A stretch of DNA of 64,000 bases, taken from NCBI GenBank assembly GCA_963842945.1, contig CAWJIM010000006.1:64001-128000 (forward strand). The letters are read 5' to 3'. This document shows, in pieces, positions 21,317 to 31,890 of the stretch. The position numbers and the translations under genes were made by a program. The stretch is from an uncultured Gemmatimonadales bacterium. Its GTDB lineage: Bacteria; Gemmatimonadota; Gemmatimonadetes; Gemmatimonadales; GWC2-71-9. A model generated the notes under the pieces. It searched no databases. It was given only the letters and a program-made list of their open reading frames with translations, and was not told the DNA's origin. Every line of letters begins with the position of its first letter. The stretch's first letter is position 1.

Positions 21317-21661
21317 TCGACCTTCCTTTCGTTACGTGTGCTCGAAAACACCCGCGCCACTCGGCGCCACAATCTTTCGGATACCGGCTGAGGATAGGGC
21401 TCTGGCCCGCCCTGAGATGTGATGGCAAGCACCACGTTCCCCACCCTCCGGCGCAGCGGTTCTAGCAACTCCCAGACCACAATCGGGGCGAACGGCGCAA
21501 GTCCTTGATGAGGGGGATATGTGGCTCAGTCGTCGCCGATCCGGCAGCGCCCCTGAATGCTCCTCTGTGTCCCTCCGGGCCGGATCAGTGTCACCTGGCG
21601 AGTACAGATGAGGTTCCTATAGTTCTAGACCGTGCGTTTCGGATTCTGGCGCCTGACTCCC

Positions 21662-22615
21662 ATGCAGAGACCACCTGTGGACTCGACTCTCTCCCGGAGA
21701 GAACTGCTCCGGCTGGCAACGGCTGCCGCCGCGGCAATGGCCTTCCCCACCCCGCGTTGGCCTGCCGCGCGGAGACCAGCGCCTGCACGGTAGCGGAACA
21801 TCCGATACCGATCAGGAGCGCCTGATCTCCTGGACGGACCATCTGCGCACCGAGGGGCTCACCAAGGCCCGAAGCTGCTCTTGGGCGCGAGCGTCGGCCG
21901 CGTGGGGGAGCTGGCCGGTGGCAGCCCGTACGTCCCGTTCACCCTCGAGGCGTACCTCGAGCACGGCGGCGACCCCTCCGCTGAGCCGCTGACTCTTTCC
22001 CTGACCCGGTTCGACTGCGTCACCCTGGTCGAGGCGTGCCTGGCGGTAAGCCGGGTAGCGGCCATCGAGCAGCCGGCAAGCTGGGAGCAGTTTGGGCGCG
22101 AGGTGGAGCGGATGCGCTATCGCGACGGAAAGCGGCTGGGCTACAGCTCCCGGCTGCACTACTTCAGTGAATGGATCACCGATGGAGCGCGGCGCGGGCT
22201 GGTGAGAGAGATGGGCCCGGAGCTGGGCGCCGCCGAAGACAGCCGTCCGCTTCGATTCATGACGGAGCATCGGGCGAAGTACCTGGCCTTGCACGATGAC
22301 CACGTATTCCAGGAGATCCAGCGCATCGAGCGGGGCCTGGATGACCGGCCGCGCCATGTGGTACCAACCAAGCAGATCCCCGCGATCGTCGACCGAATCC
22401 AGACTGGAGACGTTCTGGCTTTCGCCACCGAGATTCCCGGGCTGGACGTGACTCACTCGGCGCTGGCATACCGCGATCGGGACGGAGTACTGCGGGTGTG
22501 TCATGCACCTCTGTCCGGCGGGGTAGTAGAAATCACCCGAACAACGCTTCCCGAGTACGTGGCTGCTATCCGCCGGGCCAGCGGAATTCTGGTGGCCCGG
22601 CCGCTTCGCGGCTGA
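21662..22615 (+). CDS. DUF1460 (NlpC/P60-like amidase) protein with Tat-like signal; N-terminus frameshifted
   Basis: SRRELL signal; FDCVTLVE, RYRDG, SRLHYFSEW, GLDVTH, CHA. Confidence 0.8.
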
Positions 22616-22616
22616 C

Positions 22617-23195
22617 ATGGCCAGGAAGCAGCTCTCCCTCTTCGGCAAGAGCGAAACCTGGCCCGAGGGTTTCAGGTACCAGGCGAACGTGGTGCCTCCC
22701 GATGAAGAGGCGGCGTTGCTGGAGCAGGTACGAGGACTGCCGTTCAAGGAATTCGAGTTTCAGGGCTTTGTTGGGAAGCGGCGCACGGTCTCCTACGGCT
22801 GGCGCTACGATTTCAACGAGCGAGCGCTGCAGAAGGCCGACGATATACCTTCCTTTTTGCGCTCGCTTCGCGAGCGGGCCGGCGCATTTGCCGGGCTGCC
22901 GGCCTCCCAGTTTCAACAGGTGCTGGTGACCGAATACGGGCCGGGAGCCAGCATCGGCTGGCATAGGGACAAACCGGTTTTCGGGGAGGTCATCGGCATC
23001 TCCCTCCTCTCCAGCTGCCGCTTCCGGTTTCGGCGCAAGGCCGGACCCGGTTGGGAGAGGGTGTCCCTGATGGCAGATCCGCGCTCGGCCTATCTGCTGA
23101 GCGGCCCCTCACGCAACGAGTGGGAGCACAGCATTCCCGCGGTGGATAGCCTGCGTTATTCCATTACCTTCCGAAACTTCCGCGAACCTCGATAG
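22617..23195 (+). CDS. AlkB-like 2OG-Fe(II) dioxygenase
   Basis: YGPGASIGWHRD, WEHSIP, RYSITFR. Confidence 0.85.
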   Translation: MARKQLSLFGKSETWPEGFRYQANVVPPDEEAALLEQVRGLPFKEFEFQGFVGKRRTVSYGWRYDFNERALQKADDIPSFLRSLRERAGAFAGLPASQFQQVLVTEYGPGASIGWHRDKPVFGEVIGISLLSSCRFRFRRKAGPGWERVSLMADPRSAYLLSGPSRNEWEHSIPAVDSLRYSITFRNFREPR

Positions 23196-23209
23196 CGCCG
23201 GCCTGCCGC

Positions 23210-24034
23210 ATGATCGTTCATCTTCTCGATGGGACCTACGAGCTGTTCCGGCACTTCTACGGCCTGCGCCGCTTCACCAAGGGCACTGACCGGCCCTATG
23301 GCGCGGTGGCCGGCGTGCTCCACACGGTGCTGCAACTGATCGAGACCGGGGGGACCCATGTCGGAGTGGCCACCGATCACATTATTGAATCCTTCCGCAA
23401 CGACCTGTGGCCTGGGTACAAGACCGGTGCGGGGATCGAGCCCGCCCTGCTCGCGCAATTTCATCCGTTGGAGGAGGCCCTGGCTGCAATGGGCGTGGTG
23501 GTGTGGCCTATGGTTGAGCTGGAGGCGGATGACGCGCTCGCGTCAGCCGCGACCATCGCCGCCAGGGACGAATCAGTGGAGAAGGTTTGCATCTGGACTC
23601 CCGATAAGGATCTCGGGCAATGCGTCCGGGACGACCGCGTGGTTCAGGTGGATCAAAAGAGTCGCAACATCAGGAACGCGGCCGGGGTTCGCGAGAAGTT
23701 CGGAGTGGACCCGGTGTTGATTCCCGATTTCCTCGCCCTGGTGGGCGATGCCGCCGACGGCTATCCCGGCATTCCGGGCATTGGGAAAAACACGGCGGCC
23801 CGCCTGCTCAATCAGTACGGTCCCATCGAGGCCTTTCCCGCAACTGTTCTGGGAGAAAGGCTGGAGCTGGCCCTGCTCTTCAAGCGCCTGGCCACCCTGG
23901 TCGTGGACGCCCCGCTCTTCTCCAGCGTGGACGAGCTTCGCTGGCGGGGTCCGACTCCCGACTTTGCGGCGATGACCGAGCGGTTCAAGGAGGGTCGGCT
24001 GCTGGAGCGATCACTCAAGGCCCAGGTCGCGTAG
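23210..24034 (+). CDS. 5'-3' exonuclease / flap endonuclease
   Basis: LLDGT, YK, EADD, DKD and the LVGDAADGYPGIPGIG H3TH motif. Confidence 0.9.
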   Translation: MIVHLLDGTYELFRHFYGLRRFTKGTDRPYGAVAGVLHTVLQLIETGGTHVGVATDHIIESFRNDLWPGYKTGAGIEPALLAQFHPLEEALAAMGVVVWPMVELEADDALASAATIAARDESVEKVCIWTPDKDLGQCVRDDRVVQVDQKSRNIRNAAGVREKFGVDPVLIPDFLALVGDAADGYPGIPGIGKNTAARLLNQYGPIEAFPATVLGERLELALLFKRLATLVVDAPLFSSVDELRWRGPTPDFAAMTERFKEGRLLERSLKAQVA

Positions 24035-24040
24035 CTACCG

Positions 24041-24067
24041 TGTCGATTCCAGGAATCCTCGTTCGAC
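24041..24067 (+). promoter_or_regulatory. ECF42-type promoter
   Basis: TGTCGA-N17-CGAC upstream of a DGPF gene, with an ECF42 sigma nearby. Confidence 0.65.
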
Positions 24068-24129
24068 GGGTTACAGGAGGGGGAAGCGGGGATGCGGGGG
24101 AACGGCAACCACATCGAGAGGGTAAGACA

Positions 24130-24546
24130 ATGCGTTTCATGGTGATCGTTAAAGCCGACAAGAGCAGCGAGGCCGGGGTACTGCCAAGCAAGGAGCTGCT
24201 CACCGAGATGGGGAAGTACAACGAAGAGCTGGCCAAGGCGGGCGTTATGCTGGCTGGGGAGGGTCTCCAGCCGAGCTCCAAGGGTGCGCGGGTCAGATTC
24301 TCGGGCAACAAGCGAAACGTCATCGACGGGCCCTTCTCTGAGACCAAGGAGCTGGTCGCCGGGTTCTGGCTCTGGCAGGTGAGATCGAAAGAGGAAGCAA
24401 TCGAATGGCTCAAGCGCGCGCCATTCCGCGAGGGAGAAGTCGAGATCCGTCAGGTGTTCGAAGCTGAGGACTTCGGAGCCGAGTTCACTCCCGAGCTTCG
24501 GGAGCAGGAGGAGCGAATCCGGCAACAGGTATCGAGCAAGAAGTAG
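24130..24546 (+). CDS. YciI/DGPF family protein
   Basis: MRFMVIVKA...GEGLQPSSKG...DGPFSETKELVAGFW. Confidence 0.92.
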   Translation: MRFMVIVKADKSSEAGVLPSKELLTEMGKYNEELAKAGVMLAGEGLQPSSKGARVRFSGNKRNVIDGPFSETKELVAGFWLWQVRSKEEAIEWLKRAPFREGEVEIRQVFEAEDFGAEFTPELREQEERIRQQVSSKK

Positions 24547-24568
24547 CCCCTCGGTGCTGCTGGCCTCC

Positions 24569-25768
24569 TCACGGGGCCAGCAGCGCCATTGCGGCGCGCT
24601 TGGTGGCCGTCCAGCCTGCTTCCTCCCCGGCCGGGTCGGCCTCGTTGGTGGTGTTGAGCACAGTGACGATGGCGCTCCGGGTATCGGGCCGGAGATAAAA
24701 GAACGACCGAAAGTTGGCCTGGTCTCCCGTGTGTCCCACCAGTGTGACCTGTCCCCGCTTGAAGAGAAAGAACGAGAGTCCCACGGAACCGGGTATGTCG
24801 TCCTGGGAGCCGGCGGGCACCACCGCGCGCCACATCTCCTCTAGCGAGGCGCGGCGCAGTACCGACTCGTACCGCTTTGCCAACGCCGTGTCTGCCCGGC
24901 CGGCGCCGGTGAGAAAGCTCAAGTAAACGGCTAGATCGGTGAGAGGCGCGTTCCAGCCGCTGTTCGGAATGGTGATCCCGGGGTCGAAGTCCGGGCTGTT
25001 TCCCTGCACCCACACTCGATCCGCGCTGTCCCGCCGAACCGTGTAGTTGTTCGAGCGCCAGCGCGCGAGGTGATACGGCGTTGTCCCGAAGTAGCTCCAG
25101 CCGAGACCCAGTGGCGTCCAGATGTTCTTCTGGATGTAGTTCTGATAGGGATCTCCGGTGAGCTGCTCGATCACTCGAGCCAGATAGATGAACGCCGGGT
25201 TACTGTAGCCGAACCGCGACCCGGGCCGGAAAATGATCTCCTGGTATGGCATCATCGATACCAGCTGCTCCCAGCGGGTCGGTTCGAACGGCTCCCAAGG
25301 CAGGCCTCGCCTGTATGGCCAGGTGGGATCCTGGAACCCGGCGGAGTGGGAGAGGAGCATCCGGATGGTGATCTCATCCATCGAGCCGAAGCTGTCGTGC
25401 ACCTGCCGCAGCTCCGGCACGTAGCGGGTGATCCTGTCGTCCAGAGAGAGCTTGCCCCGGTCGCGCAGCTGCATGATGGCAATGGCGGTGAGCGTCTTGG
25501 TGATCGAGGCCCAGTGGAAGATGGTTCGCTCCTCCACCCGCTGCTTCCGCTCCCGGTCAGCCCAGCCGTACTCGTGGTGAGCCGTAGTCTTCCCATCATT
25601 CAAAAGAAGGGTGCTGGCCCCGACTGCACTGTCGCGCTGAGCGAAGGCATCGAATGCCTTGGTATACGCTGCCCAGCCTGCCGGATCAGTGACCATGCTC
25701 CTCCGCTGGGCTGCGCCCGGCCTGATCGAGAGCACCACCATCAATGGAATCAGCGCTGCGCAGCGCAT
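24569..25768 (-). CDS. Serine hydrolase, beta-lactamase/peptidase S12 family
   Basis: Signal peptide; SxxK (SITK), LLSHSAG, YSN, GHTG. Confidence 0.88.
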   Translation of the reverse strand: MRCAALIPLMVVLSIRPGAAQRRSMVTDPAGWAAYTKAFDAFAQRDSAVGASTLLLNDGKTTAHHEYGWADRERKQRVEERTIFHWASITKTLTAIAIMQLRDRGKLSLDDRITRYVPELRQVHDSFGSMDEITIRMLLSHSAGFQDPTWPYRRGLPWEPFEPTRWEQLVSMMPYQEIIFRPGSRFGYSNPAFIYLARVIEQLTGDPYQNYIQKNIWTPLGLGWSYFGTTPYHLARWRSNNYTVRRDSADRVWVQGNSPDFDPGITIPNSGWNAPLTDLAVYLSFLTGAGRADTALAKRYESVLRRASLEEMWRAVVPAGSQDDIPGSVGLSFFLFKRGQVTLVGHTGDQANFRSFFYLRPDTRSAIVTVLNTTNEADPAGEEAGWTATKRAAMALLAP

Positions 25769-25799
25769 GATTTTCCCCCTTCTCCTTAAATTGGGACTC

Positions 25800-27086
25800 G
25801 TGACCATTGCCGACACCCACCGCACCATAGACGCCGTCTGGCGCATTGAGTCGGCCAAGCTCATTGCCGGGCTGACCCGCCTGGTCGGAGATGTTGGCCT
25901 GGCCGAGGACCTGGCTCAGGATGCGCTGGTTGCCGCACTGGAACGCTGGCCCGAGTCGGGCATCCCTGAGAAGCCTGCGGCCTGGCTTATGGCCACCGCC
26001 AAGCATCGCGCCATTGACCAGCTGCGCCGGGGCAAGATGCTGGACCGAAAGCACGTGCAGGTCGGCCACGAGATGGAGATCCGCCAGGAAGCCGCGGCTC
26101 CCGATCTCGATGCGGCGCTCGATGACGATATCGGCGATGACCTGCTCCGGCTCATGTTCATGGCGTGTCACCCGGTGCTGTCCACGGAAGCACGAGTCGC
26201 CCTGACCCTGCGACTGGTGGGCGGCCTCACCACCCCGGAAATCGCGCGGGCTTTTCTGAGTGCGGAGCCGACTATCGCGCAGCGAATCGTTCGCGCCAAA
26301 CGCACCCTGGCAGACGCTCACATTCCGTTCGAGGTTCCTCGGGGCAGCGAGCTCCAGTCCCGTCTATCATCGGTGCTCGGCGTCCTATACCTGGTGTTCA
26401 ATGAAGGCTACTCGGCCACCGCTGGAGACGACTGGATGCGTCCCCAGCTCTGTGAAGAAGCCCTTCGGCTGGGACGGATCCTGGCGGAGCTGACGCCGCA
26501 GGAGCCAGAGGTCCATGGACTGGTGGCGCTCATGGAGATCCAGGCCTCCCGGCTCCGGGCCCGGACCGGTCCCACCGGTGAGCCAATCCTCCTGCTGGAA
26601 CAGGATCGGGCCCGGTGGGATCAGCTGTTGATCCGGCGTGGTCTGGCGGCGCTCGCGCGGGCCGAGGCGTTGGCCGACTCCCTGGGACCGTACGCGCTGC
26701 AGGCTGCGATCGCCGCGTGTCACGCGCGTGCGCGAGTGGCTGAAGAGACCGATTGGGCCCTCATCGCATCATTGTACGAACGGCTGGCGCAGCTCACCCC
26801 GTCTCCCGTCGTGGAACTGAACCGTGCGGTCGCGGTGGGCATGGCATACGGCCCGGCCGCCGGTCTGGAGCTGGCGGACAAGCTGCTGACCGACCCCCTG
26901 CTCGAAGAGTATCATCTGCTGCCCGCCGTCCGGGGCGACCTGCTCAGCAAGTTAGGACGGAATGAGGAAGCCCGGGGCGAGTTCGAGCGCGCGGCCTCGC
27001 TGACCAGGAACGCCCGGGAACGCGAGCTCCTGCTGCAGCGAGCCGCGTCCTCCGGGCCGAACCGGGCCACTCACTCCGCGTCGTGA
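25800..27086 (+). CDS. ECF42-group RNA polymerase sigma factor with TPR-like extension
   Basis: LAEDLAQDA, DDLLRLMFMACHP, YLVFNEGY, GPYALQAAIAACH, SPVVELNRAVA. Confidence 0.9.
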   Translation: MTIADTHRTIDAVWRIESAKLIAGLTRLVGDVGLAEDLAQDALVAALERWPESGIPEKPAAWLMATAKHRAIDQLRRGKMLDRKHVQVGHEMEIRQEAAAPDLDAALDDDIGDDLLRLMFMACHPVLSTEARVALTLRLVGGLTTPEIARAFLSAEPTIAQRIVRAKRTLADAHIPFEVPRGSELQSRLSSVLGVLYLVFNEGYSATAGDDWMRPQLCEEALRLGRILAELTPQEPEVHGLVALMEIQASRLRARTGPTGEPILLLEQDRARWDQLLIRRGLAALARAEALADSLGPYALQAAIAACHARARVAEETDWALIASLYERLAQLTPSPVVELNRAVAVGMAYGPAAGLELADKLLTDPLLEEYHLLPAVRGDLLSKLGRNEEARGEFERAASLTRNARERELLLQRAASSGPNRATHSAS

Positions 27087-27781
27087 AAGATGATGCCCAG
27101 TGTGTGCCGCCGTCCGGACCGGATCCGGCTCACGCCGTGGCGCAGGTTGACCCGGTACACTCCGCGGGAGCCCTGCACCGGCCGCTGCCGCACGGTGAAG
27201 ACAACTCCATCACCCTGGCTGAGAGGCACCACTTCGGCCCGGGACTGCATCCGGGGGCGCTGCTCCGTCATGACGAACTCACCCCCGGTAAAGTCCTGAT
27301 CCGGCCGGGAGAGCAGGATGGCGACTTGCAGCGGGAAGACGTGCTCACCGTAGACATCCTGATGGAGACAGTTGTAGTCCCCTGCCGTGTAGCGCAGGAG
27401 AAGCGGGGTCGCCCGTCGCTGCCCGGCCTGGTGGCAGCGCTCCAGAAACTCGGCGTGGCTGCCAGGGTATCGCACGCCGATGCCCATGGCCTCGTTCCAC
27501 CGATTGGCGATTGGCGCCAGCTGCCGGTAGAGCGAGGTGCGGAGCTCGGCAATGAGCGGGGGTAGCGGATAGTCGAAGTATTTGTACTCGCCCCGGCCGA
27601 AGCCGTGCCGCGCCATCACAATACGGGACCGAAAGCCCTCCTCCTGATCGTAGAGGGCGGCCAGTTGCCCGCACTCCTCCGGGGAGATGAGCTGATGCAG
27701 CACCGCGTTGCCCTGGATGTCGAGATCCCGCTCCAGCTCCAGCCAGCTGTTTGGCGCTGCCATGACCGCGGGCGCGCTCAC
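27071..27781 (-). CDS. DUF2086 2OG-Fe(II) oxygenase
   Basis: FRSRIVMARHGFGRGEYKYF, LHQD, EQRPRMQSR, RHGVS, GIIFHDA. GTG start overlaps the ogt stop. Confidence 0.88.
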   Translation of the reverse strand: MSAPAVMAAPNSWLELERDLDIQGNAVLHQLISPEECGQLAALYDQEEGFRSRIVMARHGFGRGEYKYFDYPLPPLIAELRTSLYRQLAPIANRWNEAMGIGVRYPGSHAEFLERCHQAGQRRATPLLLRYTAGDYNCLHQDVYGEHVFPLQVAILLSRPDQDFTGGEFVMTEQRPRMQSRAEVVPLSQGDGVVFTVRQRPVQGSRGVYRVNLRHGVSRIRSGRRHTLGIIFHDAE

Positions 27782-28305
27782 CGCTGGGCCTCCCGTTCCA
27801 GCAGGATTCGCTTCCGCTCCAGTCCCCAGCGGTAGCCCGTAAGACCGCCATCCTTTCCGATCACACGATGACAGGGGACCACCAACGCCAGCGGATTGGT
27901 GGCGCAGGCGCGAGCTACCGCTCTGACCGCGTTGGGCGCTCCGATCCGGCTGGCCACTTCGGTATAGGTGGAGGTGGTGCCCGCAGGAATTTCCCGTAGC
28001 GCCTGCCAGACCCGCTGCTGAAAGGTGGTGCCGCGAAGATCGAGCAGGAGGTCGAGAGGCCGGCCAGGGGCTTCGATCAATCCCACTACCTGAGCCAGGT
28101 ATTGAGCGAGCTCCTGGTCTCGCCGGAGCAGAGTGGTCTGGGGAAATCGTGTTTCCAGCTCCCTGGTAACGGATTCCGCATCGTCGCCCAGGAGAACGCC
28201 ACATACCCCCCGCTCTCCCCGGGCGACCAGGACGGAGCCCAGAGAACAATGGCCGATCGCATAGTGGAGCTCGGCTGGTTGCCGAGCGATGGCGGGAACG
28301 CTCAT
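27778..28305 (-). CDS. ogt: Methylated-DNA--protein-cysteine methyltransferase
   Basis: GTTFQQRVW, RAVARAC, PCHRV, GYRWG. Confidence 0.9.
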   Translation of the reverse strand: MSVPAIARQPAELHYAIGHCSLGSVLVARGERGVCGVLLGDDAESVTRELETRFPQTTLLRRDQELAQYLAQVVGLIEAPGRPLDLLLDLRGTTFQQRVWQALREIPAGTTSTYTEVASRIGAPNAVRAVARACATNPLALVVPCHRVIGKDGGLTGYRWGLERKRILLEREAQR

Positions 28306-28388
28306 TGATCGTCCTTTCAGGTTCAGGTTCTGCCTGCTGACGATCAGTCTACGGATTCCCGCTCGATCTCGCGCTCCGGTTCTTGCGA

Positions 28389-29024
28389 TCAAAGTCCCCG
28401 GCGCCGCCGGGCAGACTCTGCCCGCATCCGTTGCATCGCGTCGGTTTCCTGGGCCGCGTAGCGCTCTTCCCTCCAGGGATCCGCTCTCAAATGGTAGCCG
28501 TTCTGCTCCCAGAACCCTGGCGCGTTGTGATCGAGAAACTCGAACCCGCGCACCCATTTGGCACTTTTCCAGAAGTACAGCCGGGGTACCACCAAACGGC
28601 ACGGCCCACCGTGCTCCACCGGCAGCGGGATGCCGTCATGCCGGTACGCGAGGAGAGCATCCTCGCTCGCCAGGTCCGTTAACAGGAGGTTGGTGGTGTA
28701 ATCCGGATCGGCGTGGACCATCACCGCGCTGGCCTCGGGCAGAAGCTGAGCCCGGCGAAGTATCTCGGGCACCGCCACTCCCTCCCAGCGATTGTCGAAC
28801 CGGCTCCAGCGGGTGACGCAGTGCACGTCGGAGGTCACCTGAATCCGGGGAAGCTCGAGGAACTCCTGCCAGGTCCATGTCACCGGCTCCTGAACCAAAC
28901 CAAAACAACGGAAGGTCCAATTGGCGAGATCCAGACGCGGCGTCTCGCCATAGGTCAGGACCGGCCATTTCCTGGTGAGCACCTGCCCGCGGGGCAGACG
29001 ATCCTGGGGCGCCGCTTCTTTCAC
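28389..29024 (-). CDS. Sulfite oxidase-like molybdopterin-dependent oxidoreductase
   Basis: RLPRGQ, DVHCVTRWS, HGGPCRLVVP, WKSAKW, GFWE..GYH. Confidence 0.88.
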   Translation of the reverse strand: MKEAAPQDRLPRGQVLTRKWPVLTYGETPRLDLANWTFRCFGLVQEPVTWTWQEFLELPRIQVTSDVHCVTRWSRFDNRWEGVAVPEILRRAQLLPEASAVMVHADPDYTTNLLLTDLASEDALLAYRHDGIPLPVEHGGPCRLVVPRLYFWKSAKWVRGFEFLDHNAPGFWEQNGYHLRADPWREERYAAQETDAMQRMRAESARRRRGL

Positions 29025-29128
29025 GTGGAGCTCCGGTTCAGAAACTCTGCCAATCTAGTTGACAACCTTTCGGCGTGGTGGCGTGTCAAAGACCCCTGCA
29101 GCCAAGGAGCCATCAGCCGAGGAGTCGT

Positions 29129-31813
29129 ATGCTCAGCGGAATTTCCATCCCGCTTGCTTATATCATGCTTGCCACCCTGCAGAACCCCACACCCACCCAG
29201 TCCCGCGATTCAGTTCGCGCCGGGAGCGCGCACGCCCACGCCCGGGAGATCCGGGCTGCCCAGCTGGAGGGGAACGTCGAGGTAGACGGGCATCTGAATG
29301 AGCCCGCGTGGGCGCAGGCGGAGCCCGCGTCGGGGTTCATCCAAACCGACCCGATCGAAGGCGACCCCGCCACCGAGAGGACCGAGGTCCGCGTGTTGAT
29401 CGGCACCGAGGCACTCTATATCGGTGCTCGGCTCTATGATCGAGGGCCAGGGCGGGTCAAGGCAGTGCTGGCCCGGCGCGATGACGATGTCGAGTCTGAC
29501 GAGTTCGACGTGTACCTCGACACCTTCCACGACCATCTCAGCGGGGTCCGGTTTCGGATAACGCCCGGAGGCGCCATCCTGGACGGCATCCTGGGTTCTT
29601 CGGCGCAGGGAAGCGACGAAGACGATTCCTGGGACCCGGTCTGGGAGAGCGCCACTCAGGTCGATTCGCTCGGCTGGACCGTGGAGCTCCGCATCCCGCT
29701 CTCTCAACTCCGCTACAACTCGACGGCGAACGGCATCTGGGGCATTCAGCTGTACCGCAAGATCCTGCGGAAGGGCGAGGAAGACTGGTTTTCCTTTGTG
29801 CCCAAGAGCGAGTTCGGTGGAGTCAGCCGCTACGCCCATCTGGTGGGCCTGGGAAAGCTGCGGCCGCAGCGGCGGCTGGAGATGGCGCCGTATCTGCTCG
29901 CTCGAGCAGCCTACCAGCCCACGGTAGCGGGCGACCCGTTTCGGAGCGGACACGATTATAACGGCTCGGCCGGGCTCGACCTCAAGTACGGTCTCACCAG
30001 CGATCTGACTCTCAGCGCTACAGTGAATCCGGATTTCGGCCAGGTCGAGGTTGACCCTGCGGTCGTGAATCTCAGCGCATTCGAGACGTTCTATCCGGAG
30101 AAGCGACCCTTCTTCGTCGAGGGTGCCGACGTCTTTCGCTTCGGCGGGATTCGGGCCAACAACAGCTTCAACTTTCCGGAGTCTTTCTTCAGCCGTCGGA
30201 TCGGCCGCGAGCCGCAACGCAACCTCGAAGGCGATGGGGTGAGCTACCTCGACCGGCCCACCGAGACCTCGATCCGTACGGCCGCCAAGCTGACCGGGCG
30301 TACCCACTCCGGCTGGTCTCTGGGCGTGCTGGATGCGGTGACTGCCGGAGAGCGGGCGCGCTACGTGGACGACTTGGGGTCGAGGGTAACGGCTCCGGTC
30401 GAGCCGCTGACCAACTATTTCGTGGGGCGGGTCCGCAAGGATCTTCGGGAGGGCAATACCACGCTCGGCGTCATCGGCACCGCGGTGAACCGGGATCAGG
30501 GCGATGCTCAGCTGATGTCGCTGTTGCGGAGCAGCGCGTACCTGTTCGGCGCCGACTTTACCAACTCCTGGTCCAATCGCGCCTGGTCGTTCGACGGCGC
30601 CATAGGGATCAGCAGGGTTGGCGGCACGCCAGACGCGATTGCTCGAACCCAGCGGTCGAGCGCCCGGTACTACCAGCGCCCCGATGCCACCAGCTTTCAC
30701 TACGATTCCACCCGCACCTCGTTGACCGGCTACTCCTATCAGCTGGCCCTGGCCAAGAACAGCGGCCGGCATTGGGAGGGCGGCCTGGTATATCAGGAGG
30801 TCAGCCCCGCTTTCGAGTCGAACGACCTCGGCTTCCAGTCCGATGCCTCACAGCGCGGCATCTCCACCGACCTGGAGTACCATGAGCGGCAGCCCGGCAA
30901 GGTGTTCCGGAACTATCAGATCTTTCCGTTCACCAACCACCAGTGGAACTTCGACGGCGATCTGATCTTCGGCTCATACGGGCTCATTTTTGCGGCCCAG
31001 CTCAAGAACTTCTGGGACTTTCAGCTGCGCGGGGACTATGCACCACCGGTCTATGATGACCGGCTGACCCGGGGCGGACCGCTCGCTCAGCAGCCCCGCT
31101 TCGGCGACGTGCGGGTGACGGTGAACTCGGATACCCGAAGGACCACCAGGTTGTCGGGGAACCTTACCCAGTCGTGGACCGCCGCCGACGAGCATCGGAC
31201 CGAGGCGGACCTGACCCTCAGCATGCGGCCCTCGTCGGCCTTTCACCTGAGCCTGGGGCCGGCCCTCACCTTGAACCGGACCAAGGCCCAGTATGTGACC
31301 ACGGTGGCCGACCCGGCGGCAACCGCGACCTTCGGCTCCCGCTACGTATTTGCCACACTGGATCAGCAAGAACTTTCCATGATCGCCCGCCTGGACTGGA
31401 CCTTCACTCCCACCCTCAGCCTGCAGTTCTTCTTTCAACCCCTGATCTCTGCCGGTGACTTTACCGACCTGAAGGAATTCAGCAGTCCCCGGAGCTACGA
31501 CTTCTCGGTGTACGGCCGAGACAAGGGCACCATAGCAACGACCAGCGAGGGAACCGAAATCGATCCGGGCGACGGAGGAGCTTCGTTCACTGTTCCCCCG
31601 CAGGATTTCACCATCCGCTCACTCAGGGCCAACGCGGTTCTGCGCTGGGAGTGGAGTCCCGGGTCGACGCTGTTCCTGGTATGGCAGCAGAACCGGGCCA
31701 ACGACGAGTCGTTCGGAAATCTGCGGCTGAGCCGGGATGTGAACGCGCTCTTCGCCGGCGGCGAGTCACTGAACGTGCTCGCCGTCAAGGCGAGTTACTG
31801 GCTGAGCTGGTAA
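29129..31813 (+). CDS. DUF5916 / CBM9-like outer-membrane protein
   Basis: DGHLNEPAW, NPDFGQVEVD, EKRPFF, FSRRIG, NAVLRWE, C-terminal KASYW. Confidence 0.85.
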   Translation: MLSGISIPLAYIMLATLQNPTPTQSRDSVRAGSAHAHAREIRAAQLEGNVEVDGHLNEPAWAQAEPASGFIQTDPIEGDPATERTEVRVLIGTEALYIGARLYDRGPGRVKAVLARRDDDVESDEFDVYLDTFHDHLSGVRFRITPGGAILDGILGSSAQGSDEDDSWDPVWESATQVDSLGWTVELRIPLSQLRYNSTANGIWGIQLYRKILRKGEEDWFSFVPKSEFGGVSRYAHLVGLGKLRPQRRLEMAPYLLARAAYQPTVAGDPFRSGHDYNGSAGLDLKYGLTSDLTLSATVNPDFGQVEVDPAVVNLSAFETFYPEKRPFFVEGADVFRFGGIRANNSFNFPESFFSRRIGREPQRNLEGDGVSYLDRPTETSIRTAAKLTGRTHSGWSLGVLDAVTAGERARYVDDLGSRVTAPVEPLTNYFVGRVRKDLREGNTTLGVIGTAVNRDQGDAQLMSLLRSSAYLFGADFTNSWSNRAWSFDGAIGISRVGGTPDAIARTQRSSARYYQRPDATSFHYDSTRTSLTGYSYQLALAKNSGRHWEGGLVYQEVSPAFESNDLGFQSDASQRGISTDLEYHERQPGKVFRNYQIFPFTNHQWNFDGDLIFGSYGLIFAAQLKNFWDFQLRGDYAPPVYDDRLTRGGPLAQQPRFGDVRVTVNSDTRRTTRLSGNLTQSWTAADEHRTEADLTLSMRPSSAFHLSLGPALTLNRTKAQYVTTVADPAATATFGSRYVFATLDQQELSMIARLDWTFTPTLSLQFFFQPLISAGDFTDLKEFSSPRSYDFSVYGRDKGTIATTSEGTEIDPGDGGASFTVPPQDFTIRSLRANAVLRWEWSPGSTLFLVWQQNRANDESFGNLRLSRDVNALFAGGESLNVLAVKASYWLSW

Positions 31814-31890
31814 GGGTTAGCGCTTCTTCCCGATCCCAGCTCAGACGCCCCGGGATTACGGCGTGTCCCTGCGGAAGTAACTTGAGAGCC

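Noticed and set aside
21538..21587. GATCCGGC...GCCGGATC inverted repeat as a regulatory RNA
   Set aside because: A single 8-bp GC-rich stem with a long loop is expected by chance at this GC content.
23620..24129. N-terminal extension of the YciI ORF
   Set aside because: It overlaps the exonuclease in another frame; the RBS and family start point to ATG 24130.
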